In this document: piece by piece, positions 28,699 to 40,730 of the stretch
How positions within the stretch are numbered: position 1 is the stretch's first letter
Layout of the letters: the number at the start of each line of letters is the position of its first letter
Source of the DNA: Desulforhopalus sp.
GTDB lineage: Bacteria; Desulfobacterota; Desulfobulbia; Desulfobulbales; Desulfocapsaceae
Assembly: GCA_047622095.1 (NCBI GenBank)
Contig: JBLHNU010000011.1
Coordinates: forward strand, 41,428-105,427
Direction: 5' to 3'
DNA length: 64,000 nt
The notes under the pieces: generated by a model
The model's input: the letters and a program-made list of their open reading frames with translations, nothing else
Database searches by the model: none
What the model was told of the DNA's origin: nothing
Program-made: the position numbers and the translations under genes

Positions 28699-30573
28699 CT
28701 AGCCAAGAGCAAAAGTCACCTTACTGATACCCGCAAGTGCCACAAAAACAAAACTGTACAGAGAGACCATAAACAGACTACTCAACACCAGAACACAGGG
28801 CAGATTCCCCAGTTTTTCCCGCATATGGTAGGAAAACATCGAGAACATTCCTACCACAGGTAGGAGATAGCGCCCCTGGGCCTGAAAATCCACAGCCCAA
28901 GCCTGGTAAAGCGACGCTATGACAAGTAGTAATGCACTCCCCATTGTCACAGACAACAACGAGACGCCCTCCCATCCACCATTTTTCATAGTAAAAAACG
29001 AAATAACGATAAGAACAATTAATGCCTGGTAATGGACGAAATTATAATATCCATATGTGGCAGCGACTGAGGTATAGCCGTATTCCCCAAACGACGTTCG
29101 AAATATTTTCTCACCCCAATAATGTCCATGCAAGATAGTGTCTAGAGTCACGCCTCTCTCTTTCATCTGTAGATACGCGAATTTTTTATCTAGAGGTGTA
29201 CTTGGTTTAAACAACTCATCTGCATATTTCTCTCGTGCTTCCATAATCCTTTCACTCTTTTGAAAATCATGAATAGAGCTATCGACAAGACGAATACCAA
29301 CGAAGACCGAAATGCCTGCCAATGCAATCAAGACAACACGGATCAGCACTGGCTTGCTGAATTCGGTTTTCTTATATACAAGTCTCCATGCAAAATAAAA
29401 GAAGATATAGATACCAAAAAAGTAAAAATTTGGTTTCAGTAACAGTAGCAACCCAAGTAAGGCCACAACCCCAGGGAGCTTCCACCATGAACAGCTGGGG
29501 CCATCCGGTGTCAGAAAACGATTCCATGTGGAATCCGGCACCACCATCTGATAGGCGATCAGAAGAATAACCACCATCGCAAAACCTTCTGAGTTGAAAT
29601 AGCTAAAAATATACCAGATTTGGGGTGAGAGCAGCAGAGGCAGCAGAATAAGGCGAAACGGCTTTTTGTAGACAGCAAAGAGTAAAAGAAAAGCAAATAG
29701 CGTCACATTAAAATATCTAAAAACCCGGAATCCAGGAAGCTGTAAAGGTTCAAGAAGTTTGGCAAATTTACCTGCAAAAAAATATGAAATTTCGCCTAAA
29801 TTAAGTCTTGAGTATCCATACACGCTATAGGTGTGAGCCACAGCTGGGTCACCAATTTCGGGCGGAATATTATGATCGACAAAATACTGCGCCGCACCTA
29901 CATGTACCCCTTCATCAGGGTGCTGATTGTATTTGCTCAAACTTGCCATCACAATGATGAGAGTTAGCACCACAAGCCCTGCAGGAATCACGAAACGAAA
30001 TTCGGAAAACATCGATTTTGAAGCACGCGCGAGAGCAAAAGCAAAGAGTACAAGAGCAAAAATTCTAGCCAACTGTGCTCCAGTTATATTTTCTGCCTGC
30101 AGTGAAGGTAGTGTGTAAAACAGATTTGGATCCCCTGATGAAGGTTTCACCAAAAATCCGTTAGTAGTAAAAGAAAAATCCGCTATCCCCCCACCTACCT
30201 CTAGTTGCTCAAAATGGGCTGGCGAATCAATATGAATCGGAGCAAAACCGGGTTGTGAAATAACAAGAGACTTAACCTGTACATTGGCTATTTTCTCTGA
30301 GGTATCAATACGTATCTCTTGTATCTTCTTTAGATCTGCAAGGCGCATGGAATAGTTCTTTTTCCCTGGAGTAATCAGAATCTCTGCCATTCGACCTTCA
30401 GACCAACTCCTGGTTGAATCACTATAATAAATCTTAAATTTTGTTCTATTGTCTGTCACTACCTGCAAATCGACAACGGCAAGGCTTGTCACCAAAAAAT
30501 GGTACAAAGCAATAAAAATGAGAGAAAGCGATACCCCTCGAAAAATAGTCTTAAAGTTATTCCCATGCTCCAT
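28699..30573 (-). CDS. DUF2142/GT-C-like polytopic membrane protein, paralog 2
   Basis: Collinear with paralog 1 (52 identical N-terminal residues KTIFRG...SWSE, HPDEGVH, QAQGRYLLP). Start set at MEHG (ORF track 30597). Confidence 0.7.
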   Translation of the reverse strand: MEHGNNFKTIFRGVSLSLIFIALYHFLVTSLAVVDLQVVTDNRTKFKIYYSDSTRSWSEGRMAEILITPGKKNYSMRLADLKKIQEIRIDTSEKIANVQVKSLVISQPGFAPIHIDSPAHFEQLEVGGGIADFSFTTNGFLVKPSSGDPNLFYTLPSLQAENITGAQLARIFALVLFAFALARASKSMFSEFRFVIPAGLVVLTLIIVMASLSKYNQHPDEGVHVGAAQYFVDHNIPPEIGDPAVAHTYSVYGYSRLNLGEISYFFAGKFAKLLEPLQLPGFRVFRYFNVTLFAFLLLFAVYKKPFRLILLPLLLSPQIWYIFSYFNSEGFAMVVILLIAYQMVVPDSTWNRFLTPDGPSCSWWKLPGVVALLGLLLLLKPNFYFFGIYIFFYFAWRLVYKKTEFSKPVLIRVVLIALAGISVFVGIRLVDSSIHDFQKSERIMEAREKYADELFKPSTPLDKKFAYLQMKERGVTLDTILHGHYWGEKIFRTSFGEYGYTSVAATYGYYNFVHYQALIVLIVISFFTMKNGGWEGVSLLSVTMGSALLLVIASLYQAWAVDFQAQGRYLLPVVGMFSMFSYHMREKLGNLPCVLVLSSLFMVSLYSFVFVALAGISKVTFALG

Positions 30574-30640
30574 GTATTCTCTCTCAGATGTATTCAAAAC
30601 TTTCTATCAGCTTCCTATTTAATCGATTTACTACAGGGCT

Positions 30641-33109
30641 TTACATACCATGGACAATGAGTTGCTGTAAAGCGGTCTGACGCTTACAACTATCTTCCTG
30701 TTTGACAGCCATAGCCAGAGCCTTTCTTGTACCAATCCCTACAGCCAGCTTTCTTGCACGGGTAAGTCCCGTATATATAAGATTTCGAAAGAGCATTTTG
30801 AAATGCTGGGTGAGTAATGGAATAATCACCGCCTCAAACTCACTGCCCTGGGATTTATGGATTGTAATGGCATACGCAAGATCGAGCTCCAACATATCAT
30901 CTTTTTTATAGGGTACCTCACGGGTATCAGGTGAAAACCTCACCACACAACCAAGATCAACAGTGTCTATGGAAACAATCCGCCCTATGTCCCCATTAAA
31001 GACATTAAGATCATAGTTATTTCTTCTGTGGATAACCCGGTCTCCAACGCGGAGAACGCGCTCACCGATTACAACCTGAGCTTTGCCGCTTGCCTCTGGA
31101 TTCACAGCCTGTTGAATTACTTTGTTCAGGTTTGCCGTACCAAGACTACCACGAGTCATGGGAGAGAGAATCTGGATTTCGACATCAGCGCCGTAATATT
31201 TAGGAATCCATTCAGTATAGAGACGTACGACAGCTTGCACCGCCGAAAAGCCAAAATGCAATGTTGACCATGGATGAATTTTCTTCACCACAGCTTTAAG
31301 CTCACCCACCTCAGAATCGGCCTTTGCCACCTGCATAAGATCCACGTGCTGAAATTTTTGAGGAACCACAAAAGATTGCTCATAGGACGAAACAATAGGC
31401 TCAGCAGTACCAAATAAAAGAGGATCTTCTGCTGTCAATTCTTCGCGACCTTCAAGGTCAAACCCATCTAGTTTTTTAACCCGAGAAATAAATTTAAGCT
31501 GTTCCTGTGTTGCCTCATCCGAATCAAAAAAGAGGCAATCTTCTTTTCTGGCCCACAGTTCAGGCTTTTTAAAAGGGGATTCTATCTGGGGTGTTTGGCC
31601 ACTATTTATATCATGGGCGTATTTGATTATCTTAGATTCTTTTGCCTGACGAAAGATCTCGGTAAGTTGAGATACCGCTACAACTCCGGTCGTTATAATA
31701 TCCCGTAACACATTTCCCGCTCCAACTGATGGTAGTTGATCAGCATCACCAATAAAAAGTAGCTGACAATGATTTGGGAGCGCTTTTAAGAGTGAGGCTG
31801 TAAGTGAGATATCGAGCATTGAACACTCATCGACAATCAGGCAGTCCGCCTTCAAGGGTTGCTCTTCATTTCGCAAAAAACCACCCTGCTGCCACTCGAG
31901 TAGACGGTGAAGCGTTTTGGCTTCTCGCCCTATCACCTCACTCATGCGTTGGGCAGCACGCCCCGTAGGAGCTGCGAGTACAACATGAACTCCTAGATAT
32001 TCCAGCAAGCGTACAATGACTAAAGTTGTGGTGGTTTTTCCACATCCAGGACCACCGGTAAGCACTGAAAAATTTGTTACAGCAGCCGTTTTGACGGCCT
32101 TCATCTGCTCTTCTGTTAAGCGTATCTTTTGGCTGCTACAATGCTTTTCAAGCCACTGATCAGCACCAGCTATAAGCTCATGATCTGGAGTGCTGATCAT
32201 TTCACGTACTTTAGTCGCTACATAAGCTTCATCGAAATACAATGTCTTGGAATAATAGCAATTCGTTACAACCCCGCCAATCTCTAAAACTCTTCGCTTG
32301 AGTTGATTGTCTAACTCCATCTTATCAAGAAGCAGTAAAAGACGATCTTCAAGTTCAATGTTTAATAATTTATCGATTCCTACTGCAATCTGTTCCCGAC
32401 TTAAAAAACAGTGGCCTTCGTCTCTTGCTGCAGCCAAAACATGCCTGATGGCGGCAACGATTCTTTGTTCGCTATCTTCGGCGAGTCCGATAGAAAGAGC
32501 GACCTTATCTGCTGAAAAGAAACCAATCCCATAAAAATCACTGGCCAGCCGGTACGGATCGGCAACCACCTTCTCAATGGCCTCTTCCCCATATTTTTTG
32601 TAGATTCGGACAGCAAACAAGGTGGAGATACCATGGCCCTGCAGGAACATCATTACCTCGCGAATCGCTCTATGTTCCCGCCAGGCCTCTTCTATTGTGA
32701 GAAGTTTCTTTTTTGCGATACCGTCGACTTCAATCAGTCTTCCGATATCATTTTCAAACAACTCCAGGGTATTTTCTTTAAAATGATTAACAATCTTTCT
32801 GGCAGTCTTCGGACCTACTCCCTTAATGAGACCTGAGCCCAGATACTTTTCCAGAGCGGCACTGGTTGCAGGTTTTTCCTCTATTGCCCGCTCGGCCTTA
32901 AATTGCCTACCGAATTGAGAATGATGTGTCCAGGCGCCAAAAAACGACATGGTCGCCCCAGCGAAAACCTTCATCTGGTGAACAGTGACTGTCTCAAGCG
33001 ATGCCGGATTATTAAAAGGAGAAACCCGTAACACTGACCAACCATTTTCCGCGTTATGATAGGTTACACGCTCAACAATGCCATGTACTTTTTCTTTTAT
33101 TTCAGCCAT
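30641..33109 (-). CDS. recD2: ATP-dependent RecD-like helicase (SF1B, RecD2)
   Basis: N-terminal OB (VERVTYHN), HhH GIKGVGPKTA, Walker A GGPGCGKTT, DECSM, GDADQL, AYAITIHKSQGSE and YTGLTRA. Confidence 0.95.
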   Translation of the reverse strand: MAEIKEKVHGIVERVTYHNAENGWSVLRVSPFNNPASLETVTVHQMKVFAGATMSFFGAWTHHSQFGRQFKAERAIEEKPATSAALEKYLGSGLIKGVGPKTARKIVNHFKENTLELFENDIGRLIEVDGIAKKKLLTIEEAWREHRAIREVMMFLQGHGISTLFAVRIYKKYGEEAIEKVVADPYRLASDFYGIGFFSADKVALSIGLAEDSEQRIVAAIRHVLAAARDEGHCFLSREQIAVGIDKLLNIELEDRLLLLLDKMELDNQLKRRVLEIGGVVTNCYYSKTLYFDEAYVATKVREMISTPDHELIAGADQWLEKHCSSQKIRLTEEQMKAVKTAAVTNFSVLTGGPGCGKTTTTLVIVRLLEYLGVHVVLAAPTGRAAQRMSEVIGREAKTLHRLLEWQQGGFLRNEEQPLKADCLIVDECSMLDISLTASLLKALPNHCQLLFIGDADQLPSVGAGNVLRDIITTGVVAVSQLTEIFRQAKESKIIKYAHDINSGQTPQIESPFKKPELWARKEDCLFFDSDEATQEQLKFISRVKKLDGFDLEGREELTAEDPLLFGTAEPIVSSYEQSFVVPQKFQHVDLMQVAKADSEVGELKAVVKKIHPWSTLHFGFSAVQAVVRLYTEWIPKYYGADVEIQILSPMTRGSLGTANLNKVIQQAVNPEASGKAQVVIGERVLRVGDRVIHRRNNYDLNVFNGDIGRIVSIDTVDLGCVVRFSPDTREVPYKKDDMLELDLAYAITIHKSQGSEFEAVIIPLLTQHFKMLFRNLIYTGLTRARKLAVGIGTRKALAMAVKQEDSCKRQTALQQLIVHGM

Positions 33110-33149
33110 TAAGCCACTGCACACTTTTCTAATCGTATCAAAACAGAGA

Positions 33150-35090
<1,941 letters not shown>

Positions 35091-35271
35091 TATATTCCAC
35101 TCAAGGTTGAGGTGACTGATGCGGAGTTTTTTCTCATCTTTGATCAGAAGGGGGATAATCTATAGTACTCTACTGTAGGGTAATGATATAACTCATTTGT
35201 TTAAAGAGACAGAAAAAGCAGAAGTAATTTGATATATCTTTACAAAAAATCCAAGGGCTTACTTCCTCACT

Positions 35272-36777
35272 TTAGTGATGAGAGGATTTCTCAACCAGTC
35301 CAGCCATCATCTCTGGAATCCTGGCAACTTTATCTTCATCATCAGAATAGAAGCAATCGACGAGTCGACCATTGTACATCACTCCAATTCTATCTGAGAG
35401 AGCGAGTGCCTCAGAAAGATCACCTGTAACCAGTAGAATCCCTGCAGCTTCCCGCGCCTTTAAGAGCAGATTCCAGATGTCTTCGGCTGCTGCGATATCT
35501 AATCCCTGTGTCGGTTGTTCTGCAACAATGAGACGTGGTTTTCTGTAGAACTCCCTTGCCAGCACCATTTTTTGTAGATTGCCACCAGACAACTGCCAGG
35601 CAAAAGCGGAAAGATTCGGAGGTCGTATATCAAACTCCTCCATGAGATGACTTGCTTTTTCCCTGGCATCTTCCCGAAGAAGCCAAGGACCTTTCGCAAA
35701 TCCACCCCGGGTTGTCAGTAAAAAATTATCCAAGAGATCAAGGCCCTGACACGTGGCTAGGCCTTGTCTATCTTCAGGAATATAAGAAAGGGCATTATCC
35801 CAGCGCATATTCGAAAAGAACTTCTTCCAACCTGCACCAAGGATTTTGACGCAATCTACTTTGGGCCTGCGTAGTCCACAGACAGTTTCCACCAGATTTT
35901 TCTGACCGTTTCCGGCAACGCCCACAAGGCCAAATATTTCACCCTGACGGAGTTCTAGATCAATACCATCAAGAACATCATCCGATAGGCTGGTAACCTT
36001 TAAGACGACCTGCCGTGGTTCCATTGGAACTCTGTTCACTTCAAGAAGAACTTCTCGCCCAACCATGCGGCCGGCAAGTTCAGCAGTTGAAGCAACATCT
36101 TTGGTTGCCACAGTGTCCACCACTTTTCCCCGCCTTAGAATAGCGATATTATCGGCTATGGCCATTACTTCTTCAAGTTTATGGCTGATGAATACAATAC
36201 CCTTCCCCTTATTGATCATCTTTTGCATGGTCACAAAAAGGCTGTCAGCTTCTTTGGGAGTGAGTACTGCCGTGGGTTCATCAAAGATGAGAATAGAAGA
36301 TTGCCGATGGAGCAGTTTTAGAATTTCAACCTGTTGTCTTTCCCCCATGGAAAGATCACTAATTCGAGCTGTGGGATCAATTTGCATTCCATATTGCTCC
36401 GCCAGTGAACTCACCTCAGCCTGCATCTTTTTCCAGTTGAGCCAAAAACTACCTTTGGTTCCAAGAAATATATTCTCAGTTACCGTCAACTCTTTAACTA
36501 ATTTGAAATGCTGATACACCATGCCAATACCACAGGCAATTGCCTTTTCGGTGGTATCCAGAACAATTTCTTCCCCTTGGAGATAAATGGAACCAGTATC
36601 AGGTTGTAATTGGCCTGCAAGAATGGACATTAAGGTCGATTTCCCCGCACCATTCTCCCCCAAAAGAGCGAGAATTTTGCCCTCTTCAATATCCAAGGTA
36701 ACATTACTGTTGGCATGCACATCACCAAAAGATTTAGAGATACCGGAAAGCCTTATGAGTGGTGCAATTTTTGACAT
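35272..36777 (-). CDS. Nucleoside/sugar ABC transporter ATPase (NupA-like, tandem NBD)
   Basis: GENGAGKS, GMVYQHF, LSMGERQQVEI, FDEPT, YIPEDR, LSGGNLQK and QPTQGLD. Start set at MSKIAP (ORF track 36834). Confidence 0.93.
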   Translation of the reverse strand: MSKIAPLIRLSGISKSFGDVHANSNVTLDIEEGKILALLGENGAGKSTLMSILAGQLQPDTGSIYLQGEEIVLDTTEKAIACGIGMVYQHFKLVKELTVTENIFLGTKGSFWLNWKKMQAEVSSLAEQYGMQIDPTARISDLSMGERQQVEILKLLHRQSSILIFDEPTAVLTPKEADSLFVTMQKMINKGKGIVFISHKLEEVMAIADNIAILRRGKVVDTVATKDVASTAELAGRMVGREVLLEVNRVPMEPRQVVLKVTSLSDDVLDGIDLELRQGEIFGLVGVAGNGQKNLVETVCGLRRPKVDCVKILGAGWKKFFSNMRWDNALSYIPEDRQGLATCQGLDLLDNFLLTTRGGFAKGPWLLREDAREKASHLMEEFDIRPPNLSAFAWQLSGGNLQKMVLAREFYRKPRLIVAEQPTQGLDIAAAEDIWNLLLKAREAAGILLVTGDLSEALALSDRIGVMYNGRLVDCFYSDDEDKVARIPEMMAGLVEKSSHH

Positions 36778-36779
36778 GT

Positions 36780-37268
36780 TCAGGGTTTCTCCCGCCCTGC
36801 AATTGGGGTTACAAATTGAGACTCCGTGTCCCATGGAAAAAGGATCCAGGTATCCTGGCTCACTTCGGTAACAAATGTATCCACTAAGGGGCGACCGGCT
36901 GGTTTTGCATATACTGTTGCAAAATGAGCTTTGGGGAGAATGTCTTTGACAAGATTTGCGGTACGCCCAGTATCAACCAAATCATCAATGAGCAGATACC
37001 CTTCCCCATTACCTTCAACAGTTTTCAGAATAGCCGCCTCCCCTTTTTTATCTTTCCAGTCATAACTGGAGATGCAGATGGTGTCGACGAGATGGATATC
37101 AAGCTCTCTTGCAATAATGGCCGCAGGCACCAGACCACCACGGGTAATCGCTATTATTCCTTTAAAATAATCCATATCCAAAAGCCTCCATGACAAGGCT
37201 TTTGAGTCGCGATGCAACTGATCCCAGGAAATAGGGTAGGTCTTTCTGTATGATGAGTTTGTGGACAT
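36780..37268 (-). CDS. gpt: Xanthine-guanine phosphoribosyltransferase
   Basis: [35 protein letters not shown] and [11 protein letters not shown]. Start set at MSTN (ORF track 37349). Confidence 0.93.
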   Translation of the reverse strand: MSTNSSYRKTYPISWDQLHRDSKALSWRLLDMDYFKGIIAITRGGLVPAAIIARELDIHLVDTICISSYDWKDKKGEAAILKTVEGNGEGYLLIDDLVDTGRTANLVKDILPKAHFATVYAKPAGRPLVDTFVTEVSQDTWILFPWDTESQFVTPIAGREKP

Positions 37269-37413
37269 AAGTTTCTCCGATAAACTGATAAAAGGGCCGT
37301 TAACAGGCTCAATTCCAATATTTACTTCATTCGAGTTGTAGAGGAACATTGAACAATTACGTCAAATTCAAAGAGTAGAGAATTTGAGTTATAGCATTTT
37401 CCCCAACAAGTAA

Positions 37414-38334
37414 TTAATCGCCCGGCTCTATATTAACACCGAGTGCTCCAGGCTGCTCGGAACTCCCTTTTTTCCAAGAGGAGAGCACCAGAACAAACAC
37501 CGTCAACACATAGGGCAACATGAGTAAGAGCGATGAAGGTAACTGCGTTCCTGATGCCTGCAGTCGCAATTGCAAGGCCATAACTCCTCCAAAGAGGTAC
37601 GCCCCAAAAACAGCACGGCCTGGTCGCCAAAAGGCGAAAATAACGAGTGCAACCGCAATCCAACCACGCCCACCCGTAAGATTCGTCGTCCAGAGATGGG
37701 TGTAAGCAAGAGATAGATACGCTCCTCCAAGACCCATGAAAAAACCGCCTGCTAAAATTCCAAACCAGCGATAATTGACCACATTAAGTCCTGCCGCAGT
37801 TGCCGCCGCAGGATATTCACCAACTGCTCGCAAGCCTAATCCCAGTCGGGTTTTTACAAAAAACAGCCACATGAGTGGCGGAATGCAATAACTAAAATAG
37901 ACGAGTGGGTCATGATTAAAAAAGATTTTGCCAAGAGCAGGAATCTCAGAGAGAACTGGAATAGCGACCGGAGAGAAACCCGGAGCAGAGAGTCCTACGT
38001 AAGGAGTTCCAAGATAATTAGCGAGACCGGCCCCAAGAATGGTCAGAGCAAGGCCCGACACGACTTGATTCCCCTGAAACCAGAGACAAACAACTCCATG
38101 GATTGAAGTCGCCAGACTGCCAACTATACCTGCTGCCAAAAAACCAATTACTGGACTGCCTGTAAATTTTGACACCAAAAATCCAGCAAGAGCGCCCATA
38201 ATCATTGCGCCCTCTACTCCGAGATTAAGTACACCCGATTTTTCCGTAAATATTTCACCAAGGGTGGCATACAGAATCGGAGTCCCCGATTGCACAGCTG
38301 CTGCAAGAAGAGGAATGAGGAGTTCAATTGTCAT
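37414..38334 (-). CDS. Nucleoside ABC transporter permease (NupC-like)
   Basis: GEIFTEKSGVLNLGVEG, LRAVGEYP..A...G, GRGWIAVALVIF and MLPYVLT. Confidence 0.93.
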   Translation of the reverse strand: MTIELLIPLLAAAVQSGTPILYATLGEIFTEKSGVLNLGVEGAMIMGALAGFLVSKFTGSPVIGFLAAGIVGSLATSIHGVVCLWFQGNQVVSGLALTILGAGLANYLGTPYVGLSAPGFSPVAIPVLSEIPALGKIFFNHDPLVYFSYCIPPLMWLFFVKTRLGLGLRAVGEYPAAATAAGLNVVNYRWFGILAGGFFMGLGGAYLSLAYTHLWTTNLTGGRGWIAVALVIFAFWRPGRAVFGAYLFGGVMALQLRLQASGTQLPSSLLLMLPYVLTVFVLVLSSWKKGSSEQPGALGVNIEPGD

Positions 38335-39398
38335 CCCATCCTCCTGCGTTCAATTTTGTAATGTGTAAAGAGTCCACCAGCCAGAACAGTAAGCAGAATA
38401 AGTCCTTCAAGAATACCACCAAAAGCGGCCGGAACCTGCAGATCAAGTTGAAGGTTTTCCACCCCCACCCGTAAACCCGCGAGAAGGATAGATGCGATTC
38501 CTATACTCAGTGGGTTAAGTCGTGCAAGCCAGGCTACAACTATGGCTGTATATCCGTAACCCACCATTATTGAGGGTTGCAACCTGTTGACGGTGGCAGA
38601 TGCTTCAAGAAACCCTGCCCAACCTGCAAAGGCGCCGCTGAGCACCATCACCAAAATAACGAGCCTGTCATACGGTAGACCAGCATAACGAGCTGCAGCA
38701 ACATTGTCTCCACTGGCCTTGAGTTCAAATCCAAGTCGCGTATATTTAAAAAATCCCCACATGAGGATCCCAAGACCAATACAGTGCAGTAGTCCCCAGT
38801 TAACGGAGCTACTGCCGATCTTACCAACAATCGCATTGTCCGAAAAAACTGCTGTCATAGGAAACCCGAAACTGGATGGATCTTTCCATACACCATAAAC
38901 AAGATACTGGAGCAAAAGTATGCCTATGTAGTTCATCATTAAGGTGACAATGATTTCATTTGTACGCATCTTCTGCCGCAATAATGCTGGAATAAGCCCC
39001 CAAAACCCACCACACAACATGGCCATACAAATCATTGCAGGTATAAGAATAAATGAGGGCCAGTCAGGAAAAGAAAGTGCGATCCAGGTAGCACCAATTG
39101 CTCCGAGTGCAAACTGGCCTTCGGCACCAATATTCCAAATTTTCAGGCGAAAAGCGACCGCCACTCCAAGTGAACAAAGGAAAATTGGTATGGCTTTAAG
39201 TACACTATCTTCCAAAGCCCAACGAGAGCCAAAGGCGCCGTAGAATAGCGTTGTTATACCTTTGAGCGGAGGAGTTCCGCCGAGAAACAGTAGAATTCCG
39301 CTTAGGACAAGAGAAAGTGCCAGTGCCAAGAATAAAACAAGACAGGAGCCTCCTAAACTGAGAGGCTCCTGTCTTTTTGTAATGCGCATTTGAAGCAT
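38331..39398 (-). CDS. Nucleoside ABC transporter permease (NupB-like)
   Basis: WNIGAEGQ, NEIIVTLMMNY, GFELKASG.N..AA.YAG and GYGYTAIVVAWLARLNP. Confidence 0.93.
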   Translation of the reverse strand: MLQMRITKRQEPLSLGGSCLVLFLALALSLVLSGILLFLGGTPPLKGITTLFYGAFGSRWALEDSVLKAIPIFLCSLGVAVAFRLKIWNIGAEGQFALGAIGATWIALSFPDWPSFILIPAMICMAMLCGGFWGLIPALLRQKMRTNEIIVTLMMNYIGILLLQYLVYGVWKDPSSFGFPMTAVFSDNAIVGKIGSSSVNWGLLHCIGLGILMWGFFKYTRLGFELKASGDNVAAARYAGLPYDRLVILVMVLSGAFAGWAGFLEASATVNRLQPSIMVGYGYTAIVVAWLARLNPLSIGIASILLAGLRVGVENLQLDLQVPAAFGGILEGLILLTVLAGGLFTHYKIERRRMG

Positions 39399-39556
39399 GA
39401 GGCTTCTATCCGGTTACCCTGCATGAGGGAGACAAATTATAAATGATTCGTAAAAGGGTTGAGTCCACAGTTTAAGCTGACGCAGGCTAGAAGTCAAATC
39501 CAAAAGATTCTATAAAATCGCCTGCGCCCACTCCCATGGAGTTTTACCATACGACT

Positions 39557-40624
39557 CTATTCTGTTGTTCCTACAACGCCTTCTATAAACCAGGTCATAC
39601 CAAGAAGATCAGCGTCAGGAACAATTACACCATCCGCAATTTTCACAGTACCTTTCTGATCCTTTATTGGTCCGACAAAAACCTTTTTCTTACCAGACGC
39701 AATTTCTTCTTTTACGCCATTAGCGATGTCCTGCACTTCCTGTGGAACCATTGGTCCATAAGGAGCAAGGCCGACAATACCTTCAGCAAGCCCTGGCCAT
39801 ACTGACCCAGCTTTCCAGGTTCCCTTTCTTACTTCATCAACCACTTTGGTGTAGTAAGGTGCCCAATTCCAGATTGGAGCAGTCAGATGAGCCTTAGGTG
39901 CAAAAGTTGCCATATCGGTATTATAACCAATTGAATACACGCTTTTTTCTTCAGCAGCTTCCTGAGGTCCAGGGGAGTCCTGATGCTGAGCAATAATATC
40001 AGCACCAACATCTAAAAGCGACTTTGCCGCTTCTTTTTCTGTTGCAGGATCATACCAGGTCTTAGTCCAGACGACCCGTACTTCTGCATCAGGATTTACA
40101 GATTGAACGCCAAGGGCAAAAGCGTTAATTCCGCGTATAACCTCAGGGATTGGAAATGCAGCTACGTAGCCAATAGTATTTGATTTTGTCATTTTCCCAG
40201 CAACGATACCAGAAAGGTACCTTGCCTGGTACATACGACCAAAATAGTTACTCATATTCTCAGACTGCTTGAACCCCGAACAATGCAGGAAGGCAACCTT
40301 AGGAAATTGCTTTGCAACCTTGAGCATAGGATCCATGTAACCAAAACTTGTTGCGAAAATTACATCATATCCTTTTCGCGCCATGTTCAAAATTACACGT
40401 TCGGAATCAGGGCCTTCAGCCACAGACTCAACATAAGATGTGGTTACCCCATCCATAGCTTCCACTGCCTGGCGACCTACATCGTGGGAGTAAGAATAGC
40501 CAGCATCACCAATTGGTGATACATAAACAAAACCAACTTTCATCTCTTTTTCTCCGGCATTGGCCGTAGATATAAAGAGTGATAATGCCAGAACCAACAT
40601 AGCTTTAAACATTTTCATCTTCAA
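39557..40624 (-). CDS. BMP-family purine nucleoside-binding protein (PnrA/TmpC-like)
   Basis: Signal peptide, VGFVYVSPIGDAGY, FATSFGY, GYVAAFPIPEVIRGINAF and QHQDSP. SD GAGGAG. Confidence 0.93.
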   Translation of the reverse strand: MKMKMFKAMLVLALSLFISTANAGEKEMKVGFVYVSPIGDAGYSYSHDVGRQAVEAMDGVTTSYVESVAEGPDSERVILNMARKGYDVIFATSFGYMDPMLKVAKQFPKVAFLHCSGFKQSENMSNYFGRMYQARYLSGIVAGKMTKSNTIGYVAAFPIPEVIRGINAFALGVQSVNPDAEVRVVWTKTWYDPATEKEAAKSLLDVGADIIAQHQDSPGPQEAAEEKSVYSIGYNTDMATFAPKAHLTAPIWNWAPYYTKVVDEVRKGTWKAGSVWPGLAEGIVGLAPYGPMVPQEVQDIANGVKEEIASGKKKVFVGPIKDQKGTVKIADGVIVPDADLLGMTWFIEGVVGTTE

Positions 40625-40639
40625 TTCTCCTCAACTGGG

Positions 40640-40665
40640 TTTATATGAGTAAAATTACATATAAA
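40640..40665. promoter_or_regulatory. Candidate operator palindrome upstream of the nucleoside ABC operon
   Basis: TTTATATG-N10-CATATAAA, a perfect 8-bp inverted repeat just upstream of the SD. Confidence 0.3.
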
Positions 40666-40730
40666 TCTTTCATACGAAAACGAGCCGCTTGCAAGATTTA
40701 GGTTATAGTTCAAATCGTCAATTATTCTTT

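Noticed and set aside
39481-39526. CGCAGGC/GCCTGCG stem after the BMP gene as a novel RNA
   Set aside because: A short stem with a large loop, best explained as an ordinary intercistronic stabiliser after a binding-protein gene.
40625-40730. Guanine/adenine riboswitch before the nucleoside ABC operon
   Set aside because: Lacks the conserved UAUAA..GAUAUGG..GUUUCUACC..CCGUAAA core.
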